A stretch of 64,000 nt of DNA. It comes from Acanthaster planci. Its lineage: Eukaryota. This document shows, piece by piece, positions 1 to 15,587 of the stretch. The position numbers and the translations under genes were made by a program. Numbering within the stretch: position 1 is the first letter of the stretch; each line of letters starts with the position of its first letter. Below the pieces are notes generated by a model that saw only the letters and a program-made list of their open reading frames with translations, made no database searches and was not told the DNA's origin. The stretch spans positions 1,086,529-1,150,528 of the forward strand of contig NW_019091360.1 of NCBI RefSeq assembly GCF_001949145.1, read 5' to 3'.

Positions 1-3000
1 AAAATAAACTATGGAAATGAAACGAGTTATCGGAAGAATATCAGCCCCGCTTTAAACAGCTTAACAATCAAGGGTCAAATACGACTTGCGACCACTGTAA
101 CATTGTCTTACAGTGGGCAGAGTTAGGTTGTCATGATTAATGTGTGTAGCCTGGATGACAGCTTTATTTTCACGTATGAAATTTATCACATGGCTCTTTG
201 ATGCACACATGTAAACGTGCACATTAGCTTGATCGGGACATCTTCCCTCTACCCCCATCCACATATCTGTACATTTGCTAGCCAACTGATCTTCTAAGAA
301 GCAGTGTAGGGATTGGGCACACCACCCAGCAAGTCATTGCTCACAACCCCTCCTGACAAGCATTCCCAAGGAGCTGTTCACAAGGCAGAGACTTTCATCC
401 CACCATATGAATGGTAAGCTGTACGCGTGGGGACGGCCGAGATGGAATTTGCGATATATAGCTGCAGCGCCTGGGCTCCTGGGCCCTGCGGGCTGGCAAG
501 GAAATCAAGTCTCGTTAGATCAGCGTTTCGCTTTCCCCCCACGGTGTAGTACAGTGCGAGCAACGTGCGCCTGTACCCGTTGTGTCCTCGGCCCCAGCTG
601 TAATGAGCTGTGTGTGCCACAGAGTGAAGCAACGGAATAATGGATAATAGGGCTTCCAGTTTATCTTGATAACCACACAGTGCTTGGCCAGGTTGGTTTG
701 AAATTTTGTTTCTCCTGCTTGGGTATTTGCAGATATACCCAAGTGGCAATATGAAAATACTGAAAAGTCAATTGTGAAGTGGTCACTCGCCAAAAGCGAC
801 ATTACAGACGTATATTTTGTTAATCAATTTGAAACAGATTTCTTAGATGGGTTCAAATCAAATATCCGGTCGTTAACAGGGGGTCCTGCATATCCCCCAA
901 AAAGTCAGTCCAAAGCCACGGCCGAGGTCTGTTTGAACGGACAAAAATGAAAGCTGGTGAATTCTGTGAAATTCTGTTTCCATTTCTGATTCCAGTACTG
1001 GATGAAAGTTGTATGTTGTTCTTTCCTCTTGGTTGGTTCTTCCTTTATGATTTGTATCTGCATTGTAATGTACATATGGATGCACTTGATATGAATGATC
1101 GTGATCATTCAGCATCTGATCAGTGGGTTTCCCAACTAATCGTTCATTAACCCTAACCCCTTAGGCGCTTTTTGCTAGGGACCTTCCTCAATCCTCAAGA
1201 ATCCTCCAATTTGGGGGTGAAAAAAATTGGATTCTCCCTCAATCCTCTGAAATCCTCCAAAATCCTCCAAAGGGTGAGCCGATAAATTATTTTCATATTT
1301 TCACTCAGTTATATTTGCATTTGAGTTGTGTGTATCAGAACTCTGCTTGACTGTGACATGTGAGTGAACTGCAGACATTGCTGTCAGTGTTTGTCTCCAT
1401 CACCACTCCTTTTACAATTTTCTGTGAAATGTTTTGTGTGTGTGTTCAAATGTTCAGAAATAGAATGCAAATGACAAGAAACTAGTCCAGATTTTGATAA
1501 AAGAGTTGTATCCTGCAATGTGACTTCAAGGTGTCACCAGGTTGCCAGACTATTAGAAGCAGCTGATGTAGAATTCATCCCAACGAGTAGAAAAACAGAT
1601 TTTGACTCCAGCCATGTTCCCGGTGGACTCTGTCTTCCTTGCTCCCTTGTGGAAACTTACTGCGACTTCCTTTCATTCATTGCATTCTCACTTCAACTTT
1701 CTCTACACCAGCAGAACATTTCATTGCCATGCATGGTTGGCTAGTGACCAATCGGTAACTCTGAATGCTAGCAACAGTCAGCCAGCTCACTACTCACATG
1801 GAAGTAGTTACAGAATGAAATGAAATTTCCTCAACTATTCTACAGTCATCAAGGATGTGAGATTACGGTGCCCCAGCCACTTGACTTTTATCAGAGCTCT
1901 GGTATTGTTAAAAGTACAAAGATTACACCATTGGTTATTGTACACAGGTAGAGATTCTGGTACATTCGGGGAAGTTTCCTTCTGAAAAGCAAAATAAAGC
2001 AAAAAAAAAAGTGAATGAGTCATTTTGCAACGTACATGTACCTTCTGACTTTATGATTTTATCTGCATTTTAAATTTACCCAACTTACATGTACTTTGTC
2101 CTTCTGGTGATTCCATTGGTCAAGCGACTTCGCTTCTGTGACAAAATAAGTTGCCTCACTCAAGATACGTTAGATCCCAAAATATGAACGTCATGTCATT
2201 ATTGGTCAATGAGATATAGTGAAAAATTCAGGTCATTCTTTGAAATTAAACTTGCAGGTAATTTGATACCTGATGACATCATTATTATGTCAGGCATATC
2301 TTTTCTTCGGGACTATTCATGCCAAGTTTCAAGTTGATACGTTATGGAGGAGAATCATCCAGGAGAAACATGAGCTTGTACAAAAGCAATAGAGTTTGGG
2401 TGGTGTCTGCAATAGAGGAAGGCGTACATTTACCGTCAGTGAATGAATGTCGGTTACACAGCGTCATCAGCATGCACTATTCACTGCCCGAAGGTGAATT
2501 CATCAGCTGAACAAATGGCATGTATTAATTCAGATGTCTTCTGCTACATGTACCACGATTGCTGGTAAATTTGTAGATTTATCGCTGAGCGGTCTTTGCT
2601 AACTGGCTCACTTTTTTTTTTACCGGTGCAGCATTTCATGGCAAAGTTTGATGTGAATAATTGAATAATGATTATGTGCACACGGAATAATTTTCTGATA
2701 GGCTATTGTGGTGTGGTACAGGATTTCAATTCTGTGCAGATGTAAATGTGGCAGGCCTGCAAGTTAACAGTTATATCTTCAGTTGGAGTATGGTTTTGAT
2801 TAACTCTATTGCTGATTCTGTTTTTCTGTTTGTTTTTTTATGTCAAGGTATTTAATCAGCAATAAGAGGTTTGTCTTGAGAAATGTAAAGAGAAATAATG
2901 TCTTCATAATGCATGCCATCTTCTTTGTACAGAGCCTCTTTGAAAAAGCTTCACATTTTTATGGAATCTTTTAGATTTATACATTCTTGGTCAGTCTCTT

Positions 3001-4014
3001 ATTCCTTATGAAATCGGAACCCTTCAAGTTTCCCTAGTGGTTTTTTATTAATCCAATAGAACAGTGCAATGGAATAATCACATTGATCAATTAATCAAGT
3101 AATCAAATAACAGTTGTAGCCCTAAAGTGTGATGCTTGCAGCACAGCAGGCAAATTCTTCAGCAATCACTTCAAGAGTTCGAGTCCACCAAGAGGGGTTT
3201 AGCCATGTTCTTGTTTGTTTTGTTCTGTGACTCAATCCCCGTTGACCTTCATTTGCAATCTGTAACAATCTGTAATGAAATAGTGTTCTCATCATTGCAT
3301 TCATAAACATACACTCTTTAGACAAATACCTTGACATGGTTTATAATGTGCTTGAGATTTTATACTACATTGTAGAAGCACCTGACATCTTCTTAATAAT
3401 GTCTCTTTGAATGGAGCAGTGTGTCACAAGGGCTGTTTGCATACATAAACTGGACCCACTGTGCAGTGTCTGGACAAAAGTATCAATTATATGGTCTAGA
3501 CTTGCTGTGGCCCTTTAAATGGTTTGGATACAGACTTTGCCACCTGAGGTCATGTCTGTGTAGTGACCTTCAAGTAGGGGTGACCTGACCCTTGGTCTTG
3601 GTAGCTCCAAGACTCAACCAGCTTGTTTCATGTGTTTTATTTTCATTTGAAAAGAGATCAATTGGGATTTAAAGGGGCAGGCAAGCTTCTTTCAGTTCCC
3701 CTGAGGTTGTTTAGATTGTGGTATAAAAGGTTGTGTAAACTGGGACGCTGAAATACTATTTTGCTTTTTCAGTCTTTTACGGGATCGGTAGCACTGTGTC
3801 TGCTGACAGTGCCATTAACTGGTTATATTATGCAATTGTTTACAACTGCTCTGCAGGTAGGATGGGCTACTACATGTGAATCTGCCTACAGCTGTGTTCG
3901 TATTCCAATACGAACACAGCTCTAACAGCTTGTTCCCACTTGATCCACCAATTGGGGGATCTGATCCACCTTTTGTCAAATTGCCGCAGAGACTGTTGTC
4001 CATTGAGAAAACAA

Positions 4015-4364
4015 GCCTTTTGCGAGTTTAATTTGAATAAAATCTGGTACACTGAATTCTTTACTTTCACGTGAACATAACAATTTGATTTCTCCATACT
4101 AAAGACACTGCTACTATACCGCACGATTCGGAGCAAGATTTTGCTCCGAATCATAAGAGACATAATTACATACAAGATGTCATTTACTAGGTTTTCAAGG
4201 GACAAGAAGTGTACAAAGGAACCAGTTCATTCCAGAGATGGTGGTCGCTAGGCAAAAGCTTGCCCCAAATCATCAGGTATAGCAACAGTGTCTTTAGTCT
4301 GGGGAATTCAACTCGTTATGTTTATGTGTACCTGAAAATGTTCAAGTGTAACTCGTGAAAGGCT
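4015..4364. mobile_element. Degenerate MITE / foldback element
   Basis: Arm aacataacaatttgatttctccatactaaagacactgctactatacc (about 4074-4120) is inverted against ggtatagcaacagtgtctttagtctggggaattcaactcgttatgtt (about 4276-4322); outer agccttttgcgagtt pairs with aactcgtgaaaggct. Confidence 0.6.
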
Positions 4365-7300
4365 CATCAAATCCAGTGCGGATAGCCTTACACTGTCTAA
4401 ATCGTCAAGTGTCGATATTCAGTTGTTAGTTTTACATGCACATGTACATGTACCTTCCGCCGCAGTAAGTTTTGATAGTGTGAATTATATCGTGGAAGAA
4501 ATATATGCACATTGTTTCATGTCACAGGAAAGTTGGACGGTCACTGCACTGTCAAATTTACATTTTGATTGCTTGCATTCTGTTAGCAGGTCAGTGGGTC
4601 AGAGCATGGAGGGTGTGTTCCTTCCTCCATGGTCAGAGCATACCCAGATTTTATTTCCTGTGTATGCACCCATACACATCGTACATGTACATATGTCAGA
4701 GGTGCAAAATGGACAACAAACAGTTTATGCTTCCCTAATGCCACATCCCATGTCAGATCATAAGGTCAAAAGGAGGGCATCCTGTTAAGTTTCCTAGAAG
4801 ACATGCCATGGCAAGTTTCATGAGACCAGGGAACTTTCAGCTGCTCACAAGAAATCCAAGTGCAAGCGCACGAAAGAATAACCTTGATGTAATGTTAACA
4901 AGCACTTGCAGTAACTTCTTTTTTTTTTTAGCTTTGATGGAGGGGTGGTGAAAATTTAAGGCAATTAGAGGAATCAAAGCAGACTTGCTGAAGGTGTAGG
5001 AGAAAAACCTCACTTGTAGCCAGAATAGGACTACAATCTTGGACGAATTTGTTGGGGTACTTGGCAATAGCCATACATGTACGTTCTCCACCCCGTCCCC
5101 TCCCCCAGTCAATGTTGTCATGTCCAGCCAGAGCGCAGACTGCGCGCATAGATGCAACATTGAAAGGGGGTCTGGAGGCCCAACGAGATGTGTCCGGGAA
5201 CCCAACCACCACAGGGAAGCTGTTGCATCAGATTTGCTGTAATACTGAAACACAACTAGCGGCACCTTGTCAACCGTGTCCCAATCAATAGTGGGGAAAA
5301 ATATGGGAGGATAGACATTTGACCTGCTACTATAAAAGTGCGAGATTAAATGAAGCTGCTGATAGAATCAATGCAAACTTGACTTTGTTTTGCATCTCGT
5401 ACTGAAGTATGAGAAATTGTCTCTAGTTTGCCCATAATTAACTTTTTTTTTCAGTAACTTCAGTTCAAAAGGTCATCAAAATAATTGCACTCTGAAAAGA
5501 ACATTTTTAACATTCACACCTTTCTTACACTGGAACAGCTCCGCAAATGACTAGCGATGGTTTTGCCATGGTCTATGGATTCATGTACATGTTTACAGTT
5601 TGCATGTGTCATGAACACTTAAGTAAGCTTAACTGGTCTCAATTTAAACTGACTACTACATGTTTATTGCGCTGAGCATTCAGGTTACATGTACAGGTAC
5701 GGTAAGTATGTTGTAGGTTACATGTGGTGAATGGTACCGATGTGGTAGAGATGCTAAAAGCATTTCTGGTGAGTTGATATTTTTGGTGCCATCTGTCTGC
5801 TGAAGTCAGTTATACATTATGTAGTTGACAGTATAGCTCTACATTAGTTTATTGCATGGTGTACAGCATTTGCTGCACTGCCCACTGGGAAATTGTCATG
5901 AATGAGTGTGACTTACCGTAAGAGTCTGAATGATTGCTGACACTCTTGATGTGCAATGCGCTAGAAATGGAAATATATAAATACATGAATGGGATGACCC
6001 CCATGTGTAAGCAGTCATTGAACCCAGGTCAAACTTTGCACTGATCTTTTCTTTTCATACGGCTACGTCAGCCACCCACACTGGCTATTTAGATCGTATT
6101 TCCATTGCTAATTTGCTTTTTCCCTTTTTCCCCCAAAGAGCAATATTTGAGAGAAACAAGGATTTCTGTCAATTTCAATTTCGATGTCATTTGTACTCGT
6201 CAAGGTACTGCACAGATTTATTTGGAAGCACATTCACCTAGCATATAATATAAAAACACTGCTTGGTGAAATTGAAACTTGGTACAAATTTGACTCTAAC
6301 CAACTCTTAATTGTTTTCAATTACATCCTTTTTACAAAGACACTTACATTTTTCGTGCATTTCCATATTGAATAATCTCTCAGTTCTTAATGAAAGATTG
6401 TTATCAAGTAGAACACATAATTCAGTCCTCCATTATTTGAACCATATATACAACCTAAATTAGTACATGTAGTTTTTTGCATGTGAGGAATTTATACATG
6501 TGCCTGAAGTGTTGCCTGTAACTAAAACAATACTGACAACAGTCAATTGTATAAATATTTAGAGCACAGGGCTATGCCTGCTATTCAAATATTTGGATAT
6601 TCGGTCATTTACTGAAAATTCAAATATTTATTTTTGAAATCAAATATTCAGAGGTGAAAATCAGTTAAATTATAAAATAAAAAAGTGAACGTTTAATTAT
6701 TTGGCTAAAATAACATTCTAAAAACATTTATTCAAGATTTTACGAGTAAACTTAAAGGTACCTAATAACCCAGGAATATCGTAAAAAAGTGACTTTTCCT
6801 TGAAGTTTTTCATTTTAAAATTTTTGTAACAAGATCATTATCATGTGAATATTTCTGTTTTGTGTGAAATTCAAAATTCAAATCATATGGAAGGTGAAAT
6901 ATTCAAACATTCAATTACTTGAATTGACATTTATGAAACTGCATATATCTGCTAGGTTTCCTTTGCCTTTTTCATGTTAAATGAAGCATGTTGCCTTGGT
7001 TCAGTGATCTCATAGAGTGTAAAACCCGCACTCCAAACAATATAAAACCCATATTGGCAATGTCCGTTTAGAATATCACTCACAAAATGCAATTGTGATC
7101 GCAAACGAGGCTACACCAATAAACAAGCACAGTTGCAGTTCAATGCACAAGGCTTCATTCACCCTCCACTTTGCTTGCCTCTGTTTCTTTTTGTATGGAT
7201 GAGATCTCTTGACACAAAAGCAACTGTGGGTCATCACCAACACTAGGCTTAATGAGGTCTTGTGCAGATACTGCCTGATGTATTGGCCTTTATTTGGGTA

Positions 7301-10300
7301 CAGAATCCCTTTGTCATTTCCATTATTTGCAGATCAACATTCAAAATTTGCAGCATATGTAAAATATTGGTGAGGGCCAGAAGAGAATAAAATTATGGTA
7401 TACTACGTTACATTCTAGGCTAGCCTATTTGTGTTATTGAAAATTAGATTGTATTAAACTGTTTTATAACACAGTAGTTTATTTCTCTTGTGGTGTAATA
7501 TGGCTCAATACCTTATTGCCCGGTCGAGTGTGTTTAGTTTTCTGTAATACAACATTCATGTAACAGCTGATCCTGAACATCTGCTTGTGACATTAAGTTA
7601 TGAAAAAGGTCAGTAAAGGTAACAGGAAAACCTTCGTTGCATGAAACTTTATATGTAGAATTGTTGTTTGGTTGTATACCCAGACTGGTTAACCTGTCCT
7701 ATCGGATCAGAAGGAACCTAGAAAGTATCACTTTTTTCCTAAGTGACTGAGGGTCTGTGATGTAAATTTTATATAGGAGCATGTTTCATGCAATGTTCTA
7801 CCGATACTTCAAATGTCAGAAAACTCTCTGACATCCGGTTTTGGTTGCTGTAGTTGAAAGCTGCACTTTCTTCAACATTTAAATATTTCAGTGCTTTTGC
7901 TTACAAGTAAGGGTGGTGTTGCTGTACTGTCATTACCAGAAGACACTTTACACTTCAGGGTTCTCTGTTTATATTAGGAACCCAAAATTCTCTCACTAAA
8001 AATATGTATGAGAAAAACTGGTCACTGATTTACTTCTGTTAACTGAAATGATGAAAAGTCACCGAAGTAAACCAATTTAATTATTGCATATTATCCAAAA
8101 TGTGGGCAAAAGTGCAGAAATGTAGCTGTAACACTGAGGTTTCTGCCTTGGATGACATCATAGCTTTGCTCATGAATATGCAAATTAATGAAATTCGTGT
8201 AAGATAACAGGCATCAAAATGGGTTTAAATGACTCAACTAAGTTGAAAATTGGATTTAACGGAGGAAGGAGACTTGCAAGAAATGCATTAAAACGTTACA
8301 TTACATGGCCCCCGTATGTAACATTTTCCCCCAGTGTAAGATGTTATTGTAAAAAGAAACTGTATTCATGTACCTGGCTTTCCTTCAGTAAAAACTTAGG
8401 TAAGTGCCAAAAATTTGCTCCTGATTTTATATGAAATGGATGAAGATTGATCACAGTAAGTGGCATGTTCCATTCAGGTAGATGTTTGGACTTGTCCATG
8501 TGTAGTGACAAATCTCTTACACATGTACAATTTGCAGGGGCATGCACTAAGCCCCATCAATGTTGATTGACGGCTGATAGAATGACTTGCCTGTTTGCCC
8601 AATTGTCCATTGTCTACATCAGCTCCGATGTTTGCAGTGGGGTTTTTTTTGAGCAAAGCTCAGTTTTGGTGGGAGTCGGAATGGATTACCCCTTGTTCCC
8701 CACATCCCCGACTTTGCAATGTTGTATGCACATATATGTAGATGTCCATTGAAACTGCTAGTTCCAACAACAATCAAGATTGTTTTTCACTATATTTGCA
8801 ACAAGACATTCAAGTCACAAACAGACAAGCTTTAAGGGGAGAAATCTTTTCTCAATGGAGAATCCTTGAAAGAGACTCTGACACACGCAAACCCTGAATT
8901 GACGTCAGTGTTTTCACATTTGTACAATATTACTTGCATTTTTGACTTAAAAAGGGAGCCAAAATCAATAGCTTTAACCAAAAAACGCCATTTTTGACCT
9001 TTTGAAAAATTGCCTTTAAAAGGAATTTTCTTTTTTATGTCTTTAATATGGTACTTCATGTCAGGGAGGAGTTTCTGCAGCTTTTAAGATTTCACAAGGA
9101 TTCCACATGTCATACATGCCCAATCTTGCGAGGAAGAGCCCATTTGCGCTCATTTATGTGATATTTCTTCCAGCTATCTGCCAATTAAACCCTTTTTTTT
9201 GTCTGTGGAGGGTTGAAAAGAGCCCTGTTTCTCCCCTGCACCTGCCATACAGGGCCAAGCGCCCATGGGTACCCAATCCTGCCCCCTGGGTCTGGCCCTG
9301 GCAAAGCTACCAAGTAGCTGGGGGACAATGGCATCCCAACCTGGGCGGGGACATAAGCATTGTGTTCAGGTTCAGTGAATAGATGTAGGGGATTTGGAGT
9401 CTGGTTTGTAAACAGGCCTTGGACCTTTTTTGGTTTTGTCTCTCTCTCGGTTTTTTTTTTTTTTTGGTATTGCAGACTGCAGTATGTAGAAGGTTGGATG
9501 TGCCAATTTGGTTGCTGGGAAATAAATTTGCAGAATTGTGAAATATAGATTAAGCCTGGATACTTCGTTTTATCTCTTCTCCTTCCAAAAGGCTAGATTT
9601 TGCACAAAAGACAACACTGTCATGTGTGTTTTGTCACTTTTGGTTGAAACATATTTTTAAGTTATCCAAACTTTTTCTTCACAAAATTCCATTCTTGGAC
9701 CATTTTTCTGAAAAAATTAAACAATCATTTTCTGTATGTTTCCTCTTTCTGTGAAAACATGAGTTTTCTCAGTAGCTGAGTTCAATTTATTACTTCGTTT
9801 CCACAAAAGACCTCTCCCAAAACCCAAAGATTAGGTAATCTGTTTTTATTTGGTTTTTGTTGAAAAATACAGTCCTCACTCACCCATTCTTCGCATTTTT
9901 CAAATTCATCTTGTTTCATACAGTAGTAAACAAAAATGTTGATTACTAGTTACAGAATTTTCAGTGTAATGTTTAAATACTCTTCCATTAACAGACCCGT
10001 CATTCGTACAGTTAATTTGTTGGATCTACGTGCCAGGTTCGAGCCGGGAAATTGTAAGCACTGGAAGCAGTCATCATCCTGAAGTTTGGTACACATTTCT
10101 ACAGTTGCTTTTATATTTATGCAGTGCCAAGGACAATTTTTCTTGCTTGTAGCTGAAAATGATAGTCAGAATTTCTTTATTGCCATTCGACAACAAAGAC
10201 GACTGACAGCTGACCCTGCTTTTTTGTAATCTTTACAATTTTTAGTCGAAAATGCCAGCAAGCATGTGCATTTTTGGATAGTCTGTGTCAGTGTGTGAAT

Positions 10301-13300
10301 GTACCTGATAGCATTGCCCCTTTTCACAAGGTTGGTCAGCAATTAACTGCAGTCATTTTTTTGTAAGGATATTTGCAGGCAGGCTTGATGAAATTACTGG
10401 GTTCAGTCAAAGTTACGGATGAGGTAATTTATATCAGTCAGTGCATACATAAATGTAAGTCTGTCCTTGCTGTCATGCGCTGTTGATTTTGGTTGGGCAT
10501 CACTGGAGGCTTTGCTGTACAGAAAAATCAAAAAAAAGTCCAGACAAGCTGTGGTTGTGTGTTCTCTGATCGGGCAGGCACCCAGCCCCCACTCCTTGGC
10601 CCTCATTTGTATGCATTCAATCTGATCATATCTGTGCGGATTCAATTTGTTGGCAGACAGGGAGCTGCGTACAGCCGCTGTGGCAGAGCATGTTCCCGCG
10701 ACAACATGTATGTCATGTTTCCAATGAAGTGGGTTATTGAGTCTCTAACGATGACATTTTATGGGCTTGTAAATCACCGCCAGGGGCTCCTTGGTTTGTA
10801 TGCTCTGTATTTTTTTTTCCCCTGTCGTCTGATAAGGTGTTTGAGTGATGGCTTATTTGTTGACTGTGATTCTAAGGAAAATTGAATTCTTGGTTCCCTT
10901 TTTTTATTGTGGAGAGACAGTTTGTCTCCATCGTTGGAGCATATCTGACCCTAAGAAGAAAGAAATTAAGCGTTGAAAAGGTTCAGGTTAAAGGGTATAC
11001 CAATAAAAAATGTCTGTAAAAAAGTTGAGCCAGAATAGATATGTAGTTCAAGGAGGGTTTCTGTGAGGTAATATGTTGTGAGGTTAGCCGTTAAATAGCC
11101 GTTGTGATATTAGAGATGCTAAGCTGAGGAGTAGGCAATAAGTGTGTGTGAAGTAATCATGCAAAATGTTCAATTACATCTTGACCTTCAGACTCTGACC
11201 AATCATTGGGCTGCCTTTTGCACTTGCCAGTGTGATTGGCCCATCAACAGCTCAGCTGTTGTCTCTCACCAACAGCATAAATGAGCTGGTATGAGTCAGA
11301 AAATTGGCATTTGCACTGGCTTCTCTGAGTGGATGATACATGTACTCGGACTATTGAAATGTAGGGAAACAGCTTTTTCCATCCATTCAAAAGTTCACGG
11401 GAAACTGCGTTATTCTAAGTGCATATGCACTTTGGAATTCTTTTGAAAAAAAAAGGGGTATTTGGGTTCATTCTTGTGTACATTAAATACAAGTGTTTTT
11501 ATATCCAGTGTAAGTCTGCTTCTTGTGTTTGTTCATGCATACATGTAATTGTTTCATACAGGCTTGTTTCACATTGATGCAAGTGTATCTCATGAGAATT
11601 GGCATACATGTACATATTTCAACTGCCTCAGTGTTCTTACTGATACAGGACAGGATTGAGAATTAATTTCTATGGCTCTCTGTTTGAAGGACTTCATTTT
11701 CTTCTGGTATGCGTAATTAATAACTAAATATTGAACTGCTTCAAAGAACTATGGGGGTTGATGGACGTGTAAAACGTGTAAATTCTCCCAAGCCTAGTTC
11801 GGAAAACCCAGCTCTATTTCTCAAAACTACTGGCGAATCACCCCATACCCTTGGCCATAAAGAGCAAGGTTTTTTGAGCTCTTCCGGTCCCTCTTCCCTC
11901 TTGTGCACTGTTTTGTTTAGTTCAGCACTGCATCCATAGCACAACCACCCTTGGTGATGGAAGTACAATATGACTGGAGGTCCCAAATAGCTTTCTGCTC
12001 AGTGTGGAGGGATAAGAGGTGGCATGGTTGGGCATGGCAGTGATAGTCTTTGGGTCAAACTCTTCATGCTCAGGGGTATATTGCGTGTTTAGCACAGATG
12101 CATCAAATTTAGTCAGACTGCACCAACATGGCGTTCATTTCCTGCAGAGTGTGAATTTGGGTTGATGTAGGATTCAACTCGGCAACAGTTGCCAAGGTGT
12201 AATAGAGAGGTACTTGTACATTGTCTAGTCTTTGGGATTTGACATTGTTCATCGACTCTGTAGACATTTTCACAAGTCATTAGTCAAGAAAATGAGCCAA
12301 GCTGCAAACACTGGACCAACTATCAGAATGTGTCAAAGACCACAGATTTAATGTCTGGGGTACATGTATTTGCATGCAGATTTGGCAAATAATCCTGGAG
12401 GACGTTCCATGTTGACTTCTGTATTTTGTCCAGTCAGTGATAGCTGACAGCCCTTCCAGTGGTGTTATTTTTCTGACAGTGACTCCCATTGGCTGGCACA
12501 AAATTTGGGTGAAAATTGTGGACAAATTCAATGTATACATACATATTACACACTGGTTCAGTGCAGGTTAGCAGTGAATAGATGGTACTCAGTCCAGGAG
12601 ATACCAGCTATCAAGTGCAAACTGCATTTCCCTCTAGTGGAAACTGGTAATCTTGTTTTTTTGGCCGACCATATCTGGCCAAGAGCTTTGACTGGGCTAT
12701 AGCAGGATGTGATTTAACCCATAATGACAGTATTTAGACATGGGGGGAGAGATCATTTTGACCTGATGGCGGAATGCTTGTGTCATTGAAATTTGTGGAC
12801 ATGTTTGGCTGCAAAATTAGACTTGCAGCATACATGTATGTGATGAATAACGACTGCAAGCAGTTACACTAGAGAAAGTTCAAAAGGCATTCTGACCGTT
12901 GGGAAAACTTGATATGCTTGCACAGTTTATACCCCTTATGATATTGTTATAAACATTTCTATGTTTTAAAGAGTAGCTGTAATCATTTTTTGTCTATTAT
13001 GCTGAGTATTTACATTTATTTATTTATTCATGAGCAAAACTGTGATGTCATCCCAGGAAGAAAGTCTAAATGTTACATTGGTTTAGTGTACAAAAATTCC
13101 TGCATTTTTGTGGAATTTGCAAGACTAAATTTTATCAACTGGTTGTTTATGTGCATAGCAATATGTGAGCACCAGTGCTTTTCTCAGAAATGTTTTCAGC
13201 AAGTAAATTCTGGGTTCATAATTTTAATAGAAGAACCTATGTAATTAACTATGTCTTCCCTGGTTGACACAGCAAGAGTGCCCTCACTTATCCAGGAAAG

Positions 13301-15587
13301 CATAGATAATTTGAAGTGTTTAAAAAAGTGCACTTTTTAGTGCATTTAACCAACTTAGAGTGTAAAAGAGTGATCATACGTTGAAGAGAAGTACAAAGTT
13401 GCAGAAAAAATTGTCTAAGAAAAATTCATTGCATCTAATCTTTAAATCTCAGAAGTAACATTAAGCCAGCTATAATATGATAACAAAGTGCAAGGACAGA
13501 TTCACGTGTAGTTCAGTTTTTCCTGAAGGGGAAACTACCTTTTTTATCTGTGTGGCTAGGTGATGATGAATCTAATGTTACAGTGCTGGTTGACCTCTTG
13601 CCAACTTGTTCAAATGTTTTTGCCCGTCAGCCAGCCAAGGTTTAGTCCTGGATCCAGGAGTGTGCCAGTTGCATTTGCCATCACCATAACTCTCTCAGGC
13701 CTCGGCAACATTTGAGAAGTTGCTCTGGGATTTTTTTGGTGGGGGGGATTTAAAGTTATGTGAAATCACGTTTGTATCAAGCTTTTCCTTGTGTTCATTG
13801 TGACAGAAGCTTATATCCAGCTGTCAAGTTCTGTTTTGAAAAGATGCACTTGTCTGTTTTGAATTGCCAGTAATCTAGTAGTCAAGTCCCTTGATGGTTC
13901 ATCACTGATTTCATTTGAAATGTCAAACAGTTGTTTTCAGGGAACAAAGTTAGCCACTGAATTGTTTAGTGTGTGAAATAAACATAAGCCTTCACAATGT
14001 TTGATTTTCAGCACTTTGTACAGAAATTTAGGTTACTTACGAGGTCTGGGTCTTTCCAGCAAACAAACTGTAGGTTTGCTAACTTCCCAAACATTTTTCC
14101 ATTTTGAAGTGAGAAATGAGCACCTCAGCTGGCATAAATCAGGGTGTGGCTGTACATTTCACCACAGCTCACCATTCTTAACCACTTGATAAAAAGGATG
14201 GTGTCCCTGTTACATCCACAACCAGGTTTCTCTAAAATATCTTGCTGAATAATTTCAAAATGCCCTGAAACATTCCAGAACCATTTGTAGAAAAGTCACA
14301 ATTAGTGTTACAAATAACAATTGAGGTAATCTGCATAACTTCTTATACCTCATCTAAAAAAGGCGCAAGACGTTTCTCAACTTTGTAGAATGGCCTGGAA
14401 CCTATTTTTAGAATTTCTATTAATAACTACCAGTAGTAGTAACTATTAATTTAATCATCATTCATAAATACAGGTACCTGGGACAGTTTTATCTATTCCC
14501 GTTGATCGATGTATTAACATTTGATAATGCCGGCAGGGAAGTAATAATGCCATGTTGGCTCATGGATAGGAGAGTTTAATCTGATCTGATTGGTCAGGAA
14601 TCTGTGTGCATGCGACACGCTACACGTGCACAAAGTTCATTGAAGGGGATTCTATTGGACAACTTTTAAAAGGAATATACCATAAAATGGACAGGGGTGT
14701 TTGGGAAAATGAAAGGAAAGTTTTAGAACAAAATTATTGGAAATCCATCAGAGGTTGATTTCTGTTGACTCTGAATAAAAAGGAATTCATGAATGAGAAT
14801 AAATATGTGCTTAGCCGGTCTTAAACTGACGTTTAAGACCTTGCTCAGGAGAACGAACATTGATAATGCCCAAGCTGCAGGTCGCATCCATTCTCCCAAG
14901 CACATTTTTATCCCCTTATTGATAACCTCTTGAAAATGAGGACTCAATGTTAAAAGTAATGAAAAGTGCCAATTTTAGTCATTTTAAATTATCTAGGCAT
15001 TGTTGGACATTTGAGGGCACTGTTGCCATGATGTCAATCAGAAAAGACACCGTTCAGTTTTTGTTTGTTAAAATTGTGCATTCCAAATTTGGTTATAGAA
15101 AAGATTTATGAAAAGGCTTTGGTCATTGGCTTATTGCCAAGTACCAGTACCTAAACAACAATCACCAAAGAAACGGATATGTCAAAAATTCCTGCAGTTT
15201 CTTTGTGCATAAATTAATGGAAGATGACATCACAGTGTTGCTCATGAATACGGAAATTGCATTAGCATAAAATCCAGAAGGGCAACTAGTTTTACAACAG
15301 CAAACCAAAATTGAAAATATGATTAATTGAAACACAGAGGTGTATTTTCAAAATATTTGCATTGGATGGACCCCTTAATGAATGATGTGCATTCTGGGAT
15401 TGGAGTTGTATCATTCCGTAAAGTAGAGGCACTTCCTATACAGCAGGAACAGTGGTACCTTGCAAAGAAATTCTAGGTGTGACTGGGCTTGAAATAAAGA
15501 CATAAAGGAACACTTCCAGCCTCAGTCTGCTACTGTTTCATTCTGCAACGAGATAGAGACAGAAAGTATATCCATAAGGGTCTAACA

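Noticed and set aside
13559..13640. TGATGA box C-like motif suggesting an intronic C/D snoRNA
   Set aside because: No properly placed CTGA box D or terminal stem seen.
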